Shown piece by piece: positions 41,701-54,990 of a stretch of DNA of 64,000 nucleotides. Source of the stretch: the human T2T-CHM13v2.0 reference genome, Homo sapiens; the NCBI RefSeq assembly GCF_009914755.1, contig NC_060925.1; one strand, given 5' to 3'. How positions within the stretch are numbered: the first letter of the stretch is position 1; every line of letters starts with the position of its first letter. Below the pieces are notes generated by a model. The model saw nothing but the letters and a program-made list of their open reading frames with translations. It was not told where the DNA came from and made no database searches. Position numbers and translations under genes: made by a program.

Positions 41701-42529
41701 AACCAAAAAAACAAACGATTCTGGCTTCTCCGTGTCCCTGGGCTCCTTAGGTATGTACATTCGAGAAGATACACAGTGACTCCTTCTCTGGCTTAACAGA
41801 AGGAGAATAGGAAGTATGAGCTATCACAAGTTGGAATAGGCTATTATTGAAGGTAGTGAGTTCTCTGTGCCTGAAAGAGTGTCTGTAGAGCCTGAATAAC
41901 CACTCACTGGGATGCTGTGGAAAAACTCTGCTCTTGGATAAGAGACGGGTTATATGCCATACGAAGGAAAATTCTGTCCTGAAGAGACTTCCAGGGGTTT
42001 CAGGATAGCATGTACCTTGGGGACAATAACACCTCCCTGCTCCTCTCATCCTCCCCACATGGACATCAGTAGGAGGAGGCCCCACCTCAAGGAAAGCAGT
42101 TTCTCTTCTGAAACCAGCCTGACCCATAGCCAGCATAAATGAGATGTTGTTTTGGCATTTCTTCTTCAGGTCAATGTAATCAGTGTAGAAAATGTAAATG
42201 AATAATTTAGGTTTCCAGAAATAAATTAACTGGAGCCAAGATTGTCAAATGTGGCTGTCTACCCTGATCAAGGTAACCAGGTAAATACCAAATCTCACTC
42301 CCTTTTCCTGCAACATAGCTTTTTAGGCATTCCTTACTAAGTGACGAGAAAGAAACAAAGTCTTCAGGATAACAAAAACAAACACTTTGCATTTGTGTAG
42401 CTGTTTAGAAATGTAACATGCTGTTAAATTATAGTTACCAGTTGAGAATCTAATGTGTTCCAGGCAACATGGCAGCTGCTTTTTAGACATAATATTTTTT
42501 AAATCACAGACTTTTGAGACAAATTTATT

Positions 42530-42890
42530 AGGTTCATATTGCAAGTCTCAACTCTGCCTCTAATTAGCTGTGTGATTTTAGGCAAGTTATTTAGTCTCTT
42601 TGCACCTCAGTTTCCTGATCTTTAAAATGGACAGAGTAAGGGCGCACGCTTTAAAAGGCAGGATAATACACACAAAGAACTTAGCTAGTGCCATATGTGG
42701 CACATATACACATTCAGTAAATGTTAGCTTTGGTTTATATTACCCCTGACAAATACCCTGAAAAGTAAGGGTTATTTTGCAAATGTGCAGATGAAGAAAG
42801 AGGCTGAGTGATATGGAATAATGTTCTTAATTTGGTAATGAATTAGTGGTGTATCTCGGATTCAAATGCGATCTGTCTGACTCTAAAACC
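42530..42890. mobile_element. Two MIRs in opposite orientation
   Basis: Plus strand TAGCTGTGTGATTTTAGGCAAGTTA...CCTCAGTTTCC; minus strand CAGATGAAGAAAGAGGCT...GGATTCAAAT..TCTGTCTGACTC. Confidence 0.7.
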
Positions 42891-43859
42891 TCTGTGTTGA
42901 GAGAGCAGCATGGTTAGTTTTACTAATGTGGCTGTTGTCACCATCAACAAAACTAATAGCATTAATAACAATGCCCTCTCACTTGGGCACAGCACTTTTG
43001 AGTCTTCAAAGAAAATGTAGACACATTATTAAAGAATTATCAGCCCTTGGGCCTGTAAACAACTTCATGGAACCTCATCCACACTTTCCATCTCAGGGCA
43101 GAAGCCATCCTGTGGTACCCTTGACAGGTGATCATCTGTCCAAGATGGGTCTCACCAGTTCTAAAAGGAAATAAGCAGAAAGGACTACTCTTGAGCAGAA
43201 CAGATGTGGGCAGGGCAAAGACTCTATGATATGGGAGGCTCCAGTATTGAGGGAGATCTCAGAGATGGAAACACACCTATCAGTCTTCCTGAACACTTTC
43301 AGGCCCTCAGACTGCATGGCAGGGGGTGTCCTGGAGGAGGAGGGCTTCCTAGTTCTTAGCAAGGGTGAGCCTGAGGTAAGGGCAGCCAGATGAGCCTTTA
43401 CCCACTTAGAGATAACTGAAAAGAAACAGGAGCCCAGAGCAAGATCTAACTCCAAGAGAACCTGGACAGTTTTCTCACCTTTGCCTGTACCTTCATCTGC
43501 TATTTTGTTTCCCAGCTCTGTGCCTGTAGGATGTAACAGAAAATCCTAAAATACAGGAAGGCCCATAGCCTTGTTTAATGGGGCAAAGATGTGGGGAAGG
43601 ACCTGGAAAGACTGAATCAGCCTCCTCAACTAGACTAATGGCAGGAAACTCAGGGAAGTAAGGGCAGGAGAACAGTCACAAAGAAAATGGAGGCAGGTTA
43701 GATTCTGATGCAAGTCTGAGAGAAGACAAACTAGAGCTTCAGACACAATATTGCACTGCCCTAGAGGCATAAGGATAAAGCCCTCCCTACCAGTGAATAT
43801 TTCCATGATCCTATTAGGTTCCTACAGCAACACAGAGGTAGTCAGTGAAAGGATTCGGG

Positions 43860-44069
43860 CAGCATAGAGAGCAAACATTTTGAAGTCAGACGGATCTGGG
43901 TACAAATCCTGATTCTAACAGTTGCTAGCTATGTGAGTTCAACCAAGTTAGTGAACCCAAGCCCTGGTTTCTTCCCATGTTTCAGAGAATAATAATCGCA
44001 ACCTATTTTTAATTATAAAGAGGAAATGATCACATGAATTAAGATAAAAGTAGAGCCTAGCTCATGGTG
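43860..44069 (+). mobile_element. MIR
   Basis: TTTGAAGTCAGACGGATCTGGGTACAAATCCTG...TAGCTATGTGA. Confidence 0.7.
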
Positions 44070-44436
44070 TGCTATGGTCTGAACGTTTGTGTCCCCTTCC
44101 CTCTCCAAATTCCTATCCTGGAGCCTAAATCCCCAATGTATTGTTATTTGGAGGTAGAGTCTTTGGGAGGTAATGAAATCATAAGGGTGGAGCCCTCATG
44201 AATGGGATTAGTGCCTTTAAAAGGAACCAAAAAGACTAGAGTTCTCTCTGTCATGTGAGGATACAGCAAGAAGTCAGCAATATGCAATCTGGAAGACAGC
44301 TCTTAAAAGAAGCCAACTATTTTGGCACCCTTACCTCAGACTTCCAGCCTCTTGAACTGTGAGTAAAAAATTCCGGTTTTTAATAAACCACCTAGTCTAT
44401 GGTACTTTGTCATAGCAGCCAACACTGACCAAGACA
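44070..44436 (+). mobile_element. MLT1A0-like MaLR solo LTR
   Basis: TGCTATGGTCTGAACGTTTGTGTCCCC...GGGTGGAGCCCTCATGAATGGGATTAG...CTATGGTACTTTGTCATAGCAGCC...AAGACA. Confidence 0.9.
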
Positions 44437-45534
44437 TAGTATGTGGGAGAAAATTGTTCCTTTTTGTTGACATTCAAAGAGCATAAGACTCCCAATCAGA
44501 AAACCAAGGTCACGCTCCTAGGAACTTTACACATTTTCTGTCCTTAGGCCTTGGTTTTCTTAGCTGGGAAAATAGGGTGTTAGAAGACTTATATTTCAGG
44601 GTCTCTCTGGGTCCAAACTTTGTTTCAACTGCCTGTAGTGCAAGTATCATGAATTGGAGAAACAGATAGACTCCCAGCCATCTGTTTTTCCTCCATCCCT
44701 GTGAAATGGCAGCCTGGACCAACAATATCAAGATTGAGTAATATTCTGCTGACCTAGTTAGAAAAAGTTAAGAAACTTTTAAATACATATGAATATTATT
44801 GAATGAAAAAGAGAAGGCTGATTCAAATGGTTGCAGTGCATATTAATATCTTATTATCCACTTTAATGTAGGAAAGATACTGGAAACCTCTATTTAATCT
44901 TCTTAGCAAAATAATTGTCTTTTAATGCCAAGGTATGGTAAATAAGCCAGAAAAAATCAAATGATAGTGCAGGATGAAGTTAAATAATTTAGAAAACAAG
45001 AATCCAGAATTCAATAAATTATTCCAATCCAAGATGCTATCAAGAAAAAAAGGTAGAATTCTTAGGTTCCATTTTCTGAAATAATATCTCGGTGGGAAGG
45101 CAAATGAGGAACCCGAATATTCCTAGCAGTTTCTCCTTTTAAAAGAGATATAAATTAATAGATTTGACAAACATTTTTTTGAGAACCTACTGAGCATTCA
45201 TCAGTCATACCTACCTCTTTGTAGCCACAAAGAGGAATAAAATCCCAAACACTTCTCTTGAAGACTTCTCTGGCTAATGGGGGAGACCCACATCCAGGAC
45301 TGCTATAATGATAGCTTATCTAGCAGTAATGAGTTGGAGCTCGTTCCTTGATAAACTGTAGAATGCCTCTCTCAGCCCCTGTAACCTTCTCCTCAATTCC
45401 TATTGACATGTGAACTTACTCTTCTTGGCAAAATAGATGGGTCCATCTGGAAGAATTGATTTATTTAAGACACATACAAATGTCTTTCTGAGAAATAGGT
45501 ATTAATAAGGTGTATATTACTATTCATGTATATG

Positions 45535-45765
45535 TTGTGGAATACCTACTGTGTACCAGCACTATGCTAGGCTCTTTGCTAGTCACTCATTTAATTTTCC
45601 TAACAATTCCTAACAATTATGAACAATTCCAAATTACAAATGAGGCAACTGGGGATCAAAGAGTTTAATGAACTTGTCCAGAGATAAATGTTGAAAACAG
45701 TGCAAGCAGCACTAAAAATCAAGTCCTTCTTAAATAAAAGCCCTTGGTCTTTTCATTAAGCCATA
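45535..45765 (-). mobile_element. MIR
   Basis: TACCTACTGTGTACCAGCACTATGCTAGG...TTACAAATGAGGCAACTG. Confidence 0.65.
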
Positions 45766-47244
45766 TTGAAAGCATAGTAAAAGGGTTACAACATTGAAAT
45801 GGAGAATCTATGTTGACCATGGACCTGAGTCAACAAGAGAAAAGCTCTGCCTACTTACCTGGTCATCCTTACTTTTAACTTAGGAATGGAGAAGGGCTCA
45901 GGCCATCTTGGGAGCAGGAAGGTATGCTGAGAGTATGTTCTACCTTGAGGCCTGGAGGCCCCATGAAATCAGGACAAGGTTTAGATGAAAAAAGCCAAGA
46001 CTGTGTCAAGGTTCAGGTCTGGGCCAGCAACTAATGAGGCAGGCTCAGTTAGTATGGGTATCTTTAAGGTCCTAGAATCAGGGGGTACTGGAGATCCAGC
46101 AGCTCATTCAGGCTTTGGTATTATCCAGCTGTGTGAATTGAGTGAGTCCCTTGCCCTCAATTTCAATTTCTAAAATTGGAATAGGCCCAAGAGTAAGTTG
46201 GGCCAAATGATTTATTCAGATCTCCTATCTCCAAAATACTATGATTTTAAGATTTCAAATATGGACTTTACCAATAAAAGCCACAATAATCATTATTTGT
46301 TGAGCACTCTTAATATGACAGCACTCTACTATATTAACTCTAATTGCAACCTCATGACAACATTGCAAAGTTGTATTTATTATCCTTGTTTAGAAGGTGA
46401 GAAGCCCTGGAATCCAAAAGGTCAGCTACAGGTAACTTATCCATCGCCATTAACTTTTCACATATAATTTATTCATAGCCACCAATATTATAAATGGCAG
46501 AATCCCAAACTGTCTAACATCTAAAACTGTACCCTTCTTATGTATGCCTTCTTCCTTTGCCTACCTCTGCCCTCTAATTAAAACATGTGAGGACATTACC
46601 TCAATGATTTTTCAATGGCATCAGGTTTTCTTAATAGCTTTAATCTGAAAGAAGTGTCCTGAGAAACTAAGTTCAGTCTCCCACTTGCTTAAGCAGGAGG
46701 CTGTTGTACCTTTCACTTTGAGAGGTAAATGCTAGTAACTGAGAGCAATTGGCAAGGTATCTGCAGCTGACCAAGATATAGGGTCAATCAAGAAGATGAA
46801 GAAAAGTTAATGCTTAGATAATTAATTTTGATAAGTTGAGTTTACTAACAAAAAGAAATTACAGATAATCATAGATAGTGTATCTTCCTTAGTTCCCAGC
46901 CCATTTTTCATATGGTTGGCTCAAGATATATATTTAATGGATTAATATGGTTTATCTTTCCTCCTCGCACTCTCAAACATCCTTCTCCACAGACTTCAGC
47001 CAATCCTGAACATGACAGGGAGAATCATTTAACTTTCTAGATGTCTTTCCAATCTTTACTCTTTACCACATCTCCAATATGCCATGCTCTCACCCATTAT
47101 ATACCCTGTAAGATAGAGTTCAAACGTTACTTCCCCATAGCAATTCTTTCTGATTCCCCAGCCAGGTTTTCATGTTCCTTTCTCATTCCTCATCAGTCAT
47201 CTACTCCTTAATTTCTTCTATACAAGTATTTTACTTATTAGTAG

Positions 47245-47412
47245 GGTAATCTTGGACAAGTTACTTAACCTTTCTGTGCCTCAGTTTCCCCATCTTCAAA
47301 GTGGGGAAAATAATAGTACCAGCTTCATAAAGTTGCTGAAGGTTTGACTGAGAAAATAAATAACCTATTATCATGTTTGACATGTAGTAAGCACTCTATA
47401 AATGTTAGCTGG
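47245..47412 (+). mobile_element. MIR
   Basis: CTTGGACAAGTTACTTAACCTTTCTGTGCCTCAGTTTCCCCATCT. Confidence 0.85.
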
Positions 47413-48657
47413 TTTAATTTTTATATGACAAATTGTATGCCTTCGGGGAGCTTGGAGTCTAAGGGAGATATGGTATTACAAATGCGTTATATCCAAGAAC
47501 TTACAAACAATTCAATTTCACTTCTGTTATCCAATATCTACTAGAAGCCTCTTGTCATCACAGAAACCCTTAAGCTAAGTCACAATGTCTAGTTTGCTGG
47601 TGACTCTAGAGAGGTTATTTGAGATAGCCAAAATTCAAATCCCCATATGGCTCCAGCCTTGATGATCGTTCTACTTACATTTTAACTAATAGGGGGTTTC
47701 TCTGGATATCTATCGGGGTAGAGGGTAGGGTGCTAATGTATGAGGAAAAGAGGCACGAAGAGTTTGAGTAACTGGCCCAAAGTTACACAGTGAATAAGTG
47801 GCAGAGTTAAGGTTCTAACCTATGTAGCCCACACTATACTAACTTATGCACCTAATTTCTTTCTTACTGCCTTGAACGTACTCAGTTAATGTTTGCAGAG
47901 AGTGGATAAACAAACAAGAAAACCTTGCAAACAGGTCTGGAAGAGGAGTGAGTTGCAGTGGACAGAGGCTAATCTAGAAGTCAGCAGCTGCGTTTCCAAC
48001 TAAACTTGTCCCACTAATTCGCTGGGTGACTCAGGAAAGTTATCTCCCTTCTCTGGACCCTCTGTCTCCAGCACAGAAAGAGAGAGAGGCCTTTAAACAG
48101 TAGCAGTTAAGTCTTTTCTTCAAACTAAGTTTATGGAGAAGGCCAATAAACAGGATGTTCCAGTGTATTTGGCAGAAAGGACAAGAGAAGTCAGAGCCCT
48201 CACTCCTCCTCAGGGATATGGGGAGCACAGTTTTAAAACTCTAGAACCAGAAGAACTTGGGATTCTTCTTGGCTATGACATTCTATTACACAGATAAAAG
48301 AAATTGCCTTGTGACCTAATGTTATATATCTTCTGATTCAACCAAGTGAAAATGTGGCTTCAGAGGAGGTGACAAAGTGTGACCATACCCAAAGGTAATA
48401 AGAAGGAATTACAGCTCCAACAGCCTGACTTCTGCACCTGCCTCAGTCATAGACATGCCCTAAATACAAAAATATCTCACAAACCTGAGAAAATTGCATT
48501 CATAGTATAAATATATTTAATGAAAAAATAATAAGTGGGCTGTGGAGTTTCCGGATTTATTATTTTCATAACCATCTTTGCTTTCTGTAATCTCTAGACT
48601 GATTAATAAAATCTTGCTAAAAGAGGTTCATATTTGGCATTTGCTCAGAGAATGGGA

Positions 48658-48805
48658 GTTTTTTCAACTTTATTGAAGCATTTTTTACATGTAATATGTC
48701 ATCTATTTCAAGTGTGCAATTTAATGATTTTTAGTAAATTTACCAAGTGTGCCTCTACTACCACAAATCAGTTTTAGGACATTGTCATTGCCCCCATAAG
48801 ATCTG
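48658..48805 (-). mobile_element. L1M (L1MB/ME) 3'-end fragment
   Basis: CAACTTTATTGAAG...TGATTTTTAGTAAATTTAC...CAGTTTTAGGACATT. Confidence 0.7.
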
Positions 48806-49890
48806 GCTTGGGATGGTTTTGTATATTTATATCTATATGAGATTCTTGGAAAAACTCAGGTTCAAAAGAAATAGATTGCATAAAAATTGAGCTCTAGTTT
48901 ACATAGTCTAATATCCTACCATTTTCCTGTATGTACAGAGTCCACTGCCCTAGAAGAAGAAAGGGAGAAAGTTGTCTCAGCTCTTGTTTGTTCTTTCAAG
49001 GCATTTAAAATAATATACATTACATTAAATTTATTGAGCTTTCCCACTGTCGGGCCAAAAAAGAACTCTGAAAGCAAATCAGGCACAGTTACTAAGCTCA
49101 AGGAGCAACCAATTTAGAAAAAGAAATTTGATATACACAACAGAGTCATAAAATAGGGCAGGAAATACCAGGAGTCTACAGAAAGTAAGAGAAATTGCTG
49201 ATGAGTTCACTTATAGCTGAGGGGAATCAAGGATAATTTTTAGAGAAAGGGCATTTGCACTGGGCCAAATTTCATCTAATTCTGTCATTTACTGATGCAG
49301 TTAGTCAATATACAGTCACTGAGAACCACTTTAGAATTCACATCTGTGCTTGAATTAGGCATGGTCCCTGTCCTCACACAATGCACAGTCAAACATAATG
49401 ACTTTATTTCAGCAGCTCACCAGATATCCTGAATATTTCTATTATGAACTTAAATGGTGCAGAATTTTTGTTTGTTCTTGCATTTCTCTTCCCTATTTGA
49501 TTATGAGCTCATAAAAATAAGAACCACTTCTGAAGCACATCTATGTCCTTGGTTCCCAGTATTTCCTATCTCATTACATGTGATTCATAAATATTTGTTT
49601 AATGAATAATTTGTTCATTTAATTTTTCCCCTTTATATCAACTGATGGTTCACTTACTGGTTTTGGGGGAGGGGACAGTAAAGGGGAGAAGGCAAATTAT
49701 TTAATTCCAATAAAATTGATTGTGTTTTCTTGTATTTGTAATGAGGGCCCAACAGAGGACTTAAGTCAAAAGAGTCAATGAAATAGGCTGTGTATAAAGA
49801 GGCTTTTTACAGCAGAGATTAACTTTCAGAATGGTGGTAGAAGGAGCACAGCATACCTTCTTCCCAGCAAAACAACCGTTTAACTGCTAA

Positions 49891-50204
<314 letters not shown>

Positions 50205-52845
50205 TAAAAACAATCATTTGAAGTCATTTAAAGCCATTTGAACCATGACCTGCTCAAATTCCCACCCTCTAACTCAGTGGGATGGAAGCTGTACTCCAAG
50301 AGTATGCCATCAAGAATATTAGTTCCCTCTCTACCTACTTCCTAGTCTATAGCTATGATTTCACCTTGGGAGGGGCAGGCCACAAGCACCTCTCACATAG
50401 CCCCCATCCCCATTCTATATTGAAGAAGCTCTATTCAAGGTGGATGCTGCTAAGAAATAAATCTTCCTTCCCCCACCAGACCTTACTCATAGAATGAAAA
50501 CTCTAAACCAGGCATGGTAGACCAAGAGTATTAGAAGCCAAATGCCCTCGGCCCAGCTAATTTGCAGGACAGAGGTTTCAGGCCAAGATGGGCAAGACAA
50601 GAAGACCAGGGGCTACTGTCCCTACCCAGAGCCTAGCTCATAGAGCAGGGGTGACACTCTAGGAGAAGTGGGCACTGTCCCTGCCCCCAGTTCTAGGGCA
50701 GTGGCATAGAGGTTCTGTTCAGGGAGAATGGCAAGCAATAAGAACAAATAACTCCACAACACTGCATAAGGGGATTGAGTTCATTTGGAACAGCTTGTAG
50801 TGAAATTTATGCCAAAGGGTAATGTCAAAAACAACAGAGATCCTAGTGTGGCAAGCAAATAAAAGGAAGCTGGTCACTACATGAGATTTATAGCAACAAG
50901 TAAAACAACAGACTAGCTAGAAGGTTAGAATAAAGAATTAGGGAGGAAAGATAGCTAAGAAGGACACTTCAGGGGGCAGAGCAGCCTGAAAGACTAGCAA
51001 TACCTTGCCCCTGCAAAAGGGGTCTATATTAACTGGATCAGACTGTGAAACAATTATTGCCCCTAGAGAAAACAGAACAATCAGCTAGCGATTAATACAG
51101 GGTAATAGCTTGATGTGATACCAATAGAGGAAGACCAGCCCAGATGCTCAAGTATGCCCAAGGCAGTTAATGAAAAATAATTATACATCCAATAAGTTCA
51201 CCAAACTTGAAGTAGGATAAACTCATGGAGATCCACAATCAGGCACATCATAGTCAAAATGATGAAAGCTTAGCACAAAGAGAATATATTGAAACCAGCA
51301 AGAGAAAAGTGATTCATCACCTACTAGGGAATTCCAATAAGATTAATAGCTGACTTGTCAGCAGAAACAATAGAGGGCTGAAGAAAGTGAGATGACGTAT
51401 TCAAAGTGCTGAAAGAACAAATCTGTCAATATGATTCCATCAGGCCAGGACTACTTTGATACCCAAACTAGACAAAGACATTGCCAAAGAAAACCCCTGA
51501 ATATCAATATCTCTTGTGAATATAAACACAAAAATCCTCAACAAAATCCTACCTGACTGAATCCAGCAACATATAAAAAGGATTATGTACTGTGACCAAA
51601 TGGGATTTATCCCATGAATGCAAGGTTGGTTTAATATCTGAAAATCAATCAACATAATATACAATTTTAATAAAATAAAGGACAATAACCACATGATCAT
51701 TTCAATAGACACAGAAAAATCATTTGATACAATCCAACACCCTTTCATGATAAAAATACTCAACAAACTAGAAGAAGAAGAAAACTTACTCAACATGATA
51801 AAGGGCATCTATAAAAAGCTCCAAAGCTAATGTCATATTTAATGGTGAAAGACTGGATGCTTTACCTCTAAGATAAGGAACAAGGCAAAGAAGTCTGCTC
51901 TTGCCACTTCTATTTAACATTCAACTAAACTATCCATAATGGCCCAGGTAATTAGGTGAGAAAAGAAACAGAAGAATGAAATAAAAGGAAGAAGTAAAAA
52001 TATATCTACTTGCAGATGATATGATCTTGTGTTTTAATCTTAAGGAATCTAATAAAAAACAATTAGAAATAATAAATGGGTTCAGAAAGGTTGCAGAATG
52101 AAAATGCAAAGCTAAATTTGTATTTAAGTCCAAAACAAAATTAAGAAAACAAGCTTATTTACAATAGCCTCAAAAGGATAAAATATGTAGAAATGAATTT
52201 AACAAAATAAGTACAAACCTTGCTTATACTGAAATCTATAAAATATTTTTGAAAGACATTAAAGAAGATCTAAATAAAAACATCCCACATTCATGCATCA
52301 GAAAATTAAATATTGTTGATATGGCAATATTCTCCACACTAATTTACAGGTTCAGTGCAATAACTATCAAAATCTCATCTGGCTTTTTTGTAGAAATTGA
52401 TAAGGTGATCCTAAAATTCACATAAAAATGCATGGCACCATGTATAGCCAAAACAATCTTGAAGAAGAAAAAGTTGGAGAGCTGACATTTAATGATTTCA
52501 AAACTTACTACAAAGGTACAGTAATGAAGACAGTATTGTACTGGCACAAGGATAGACATATAGATCAATAGAATGTAACTGAAAGTCCAGAAATAAACTC
52601 TTACATGTATAGTCAACTGATTTTTGACAAGGGTACCAAGACAATAAAGTGGGGGAAAGAACAATTTTTTCAATAAATAGTTATGGGACAGGCATAAATT
52701 GGAACATTTTCTTACACCATCTGCTAAAACTAACTTAAAATGAATCATAAACATCAATGGAAGAGCGAAAATTATAAAGCTCTTAGAAGAAAACATAGGA
52801 GTAAATCTTTGTGACCTTTGGCCAGGCAATTGCTTTTTAGATACA

Positions 52846-53544
52846 TGCTATGGACTGAATATTTGTGTCCTCTCAAAATTTGTATGCTGAAATCCTAATC
52901 CCCAATGTGATGCTATTAGGAGGTGGGGCCTTTGAGAGGTAATTAGGTCACTGTGGGTGGAACCTTCACGAATGGGTTTAATGCTCTTATGAAAACACAC
53001 TAGAGACCACGATTTCTCTGTCTCTGCTCTCTGCCATGTGGATATAACAAGACAGCCGACTGAAAACCAGGAAGTGGGCCCTCAACAGACACTGGATCTG
53101 CCAGCAACTTGATTTTGGACTTTTAGCCTCCAAAAGTGTGAGAAATACATTTCTGTTGTTTAAGCCAGGGGTCCCCAACCAGGATACTGGTCCCTGGTAT
53201 GTTAGGAACCAGGTCACAGAGCAGGAGGTGAGTGGCAGGCCAGAGAGCATTACCAGCTGACCTCTGTCTCCTGTCAGATCAGTGGTGGCATTAGATTCTC
53301 AAAGGAGTGCGAACCCTATTGTGAACTGTGAAAGGAAGGGATCTAGGTTGTGTGCTCCTTATGAGGATCTAACTAATGCCTGATAATATGAGGTAGAAGT
53401 TTCATCCCGAAACCACCCCCACCATGCTGGTCAGTGGAAAATGTCTCTTCCACAAAACTAGTCCCTGGTGCCAAAAAGGTTGGGGACCGTTGGTTTAAGC
53501 CACCTAGTCTATGGTATTTTTGTTTTAGCAGCCCTGATTAAGTA
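52846..53544 (+). mobile_element. MLT1A0-like LTR split by MER1B
   Basis: TGCTATGGACTGAATATTTGTGTCC start; resumes CACCTAGTCTATGGTATTTT after the MER1B. Confidence 0.85.
53166..53492 (+). mobile_element. MER1B hAT-Charlie element
   Basis: CAGGGGTCCCCAACC ... GGTTGGGGACCGTTG TIRs; perfect 8-bp TSD GTTTAAGC at 53158-53165 and 53493-53500. Confidence 0.92.
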
Positions 53545-53655
53545 GAGGCAAAAAAAAAAAAAAAAAGGAAAAAAAGAAAAAAAATGGATCAATCGGACTT
53601 CATCAAAATTTAAAAATTTTATGCTATAAATGATACCATCAAGAAAGTGAAAAGA

Positions 53656-54175
53656 GGCTGAGTGACGGAGTGTGAATGGAGAAAGGGAAGATGTTGGTCA
53701 AAGGGTACAAAGTTTCAGTTAGATAGCAGAAATAAATCTTGGTGGTCTGTTGCATAGCATGGTGATAATAGTTAATAAAAATGTATTACATATTTCAAAT
53801 TGCTAAAAGAGTAGATTTTCTGTTTCTTTGTCTTTTGAAACAGTTTCACTTTGTCACCCAGGCTGGAGTGCAGTGCAGCAATGACACCTCACTACAGCCT
53901 TGACCTCCCAGGCTCAAGCAATTCTCCTGCCTCAGCCCTCCAAGTAGCTGGGACTACAGGTACACAACACCGTGCCTGGCTAAATTTTGTATTTTTTGTA
54001 GAGATGGGATTTTGCCATGTTTTAAATGTTCTCACCACCAAGAAGGGTAGATTTTAAATGTTCTCACCACAAAGAAATGATAACTATGTGAGGTGATGGA
54101 TATGCAAAATAGCCTGATTTGATCATTGTATCTCATAAATATATACAATTACTATTTGTCAATTAAAAATAAAAA
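53656..54175 (+). mobile_element. L1MA8-like 3'UTR fragment containing an AluJ
   Basis: GGTCAAAGGGTACAAAGTTTCAGTTAGA...GAGGTGATGGATATG; TSD AAGAAAGTGAAAAGA (53641-53655) vs GAGAACGTGAAAAGA (54176-54190). Confidence 0.85.
53820..54021 (-). mobile_element. AluJ, 5'-truncated
   Basis: CAGCCTTGACCTCCCAGGCTCAAGC and TTTGTAGAGATGGG AluJ diagnostics. Confidence 0.85.
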
Positions 54176-54529
54176 GAGAACGTGAAAAGACAACCTACAA
54201 GATGGGAGAACATATTTGTAAACCATATATCTGAAAAGGGACTGGGATCCAGAATATACGAATAACTCCTACAATTCAATAATAAAAACACAAAAAATAA
54301 TCTCAGTTTAAGAATGGGCAAAGGATCTGAATAGCCTTTCTTCAAAAAAAGATATATAGATGGCCAATAAGCACACAAAAAGATACTCAACATCATTAGT
54401 CATAAGGGGGAAAAGGAAGTTCTCTGGCAGTGGTGTAGAGGTTAGATTTCATAGGAGAGACTAGAGACAGAGCATCAGTTCCTTCTATAAAGACCCATCT
54501 GACATCATACAATCCTTACGCATAGAGCA

Positions 54530-54990
54530 GTATATAAGACAGATATGGTCCTTGTCCTCATGGAGTTTAAAAATCTTCTAAAGAAAAATGTTGAATGAGT
54601 AGTCAGAAGAGTGATAAGTCTGTTAAAAGAGAAATAGAATATATTACAGAAGTACACAACAAAGGCTCTTCAACTAGTCTGAGAAAGGGTACAAGAAAGA
54701 ATTCCATGAAGAAAAAAATGTTTACATTGGCTTCTGCAAGCAGAATAGGAAGTAATTAGGCAAATGGCAATAGAGAAAGAACATTCCAGGTAGATGGGCC
54801 AATGTGTATACAAGTTAGGGAGAAAATCCATGGTCACAGAAAGAACTGTAAGAAGGCCAGTGTGGGTAGACCATAGGCAGCAAGGGAAGTGGGATAGAGA
54901 TAGGTTGAAGAATCAGGCAGAGACCAGATGATCCAGGACCTTGCAGACCATGTTAAGAATTTGATATTTCATCATATACTACAGAGTGGA
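54530..54990 (-). mobile_element. L2 remnant
   Basis: GGTCCTTGTCCTCATGGAGTTTA...CATTCCAGGTAGA...GACCATGTTAAGAATTTG. Confidence 0.7.

Noticed and set aside
45853-45862. TACTTACCTGG resembling the U1 snRNA 5' end
   Set aside because: The match does not extend. It is simply a consensus minus-strand donor (CAG|GTAAGT) with no convincing acceptor or recognisable peptide.
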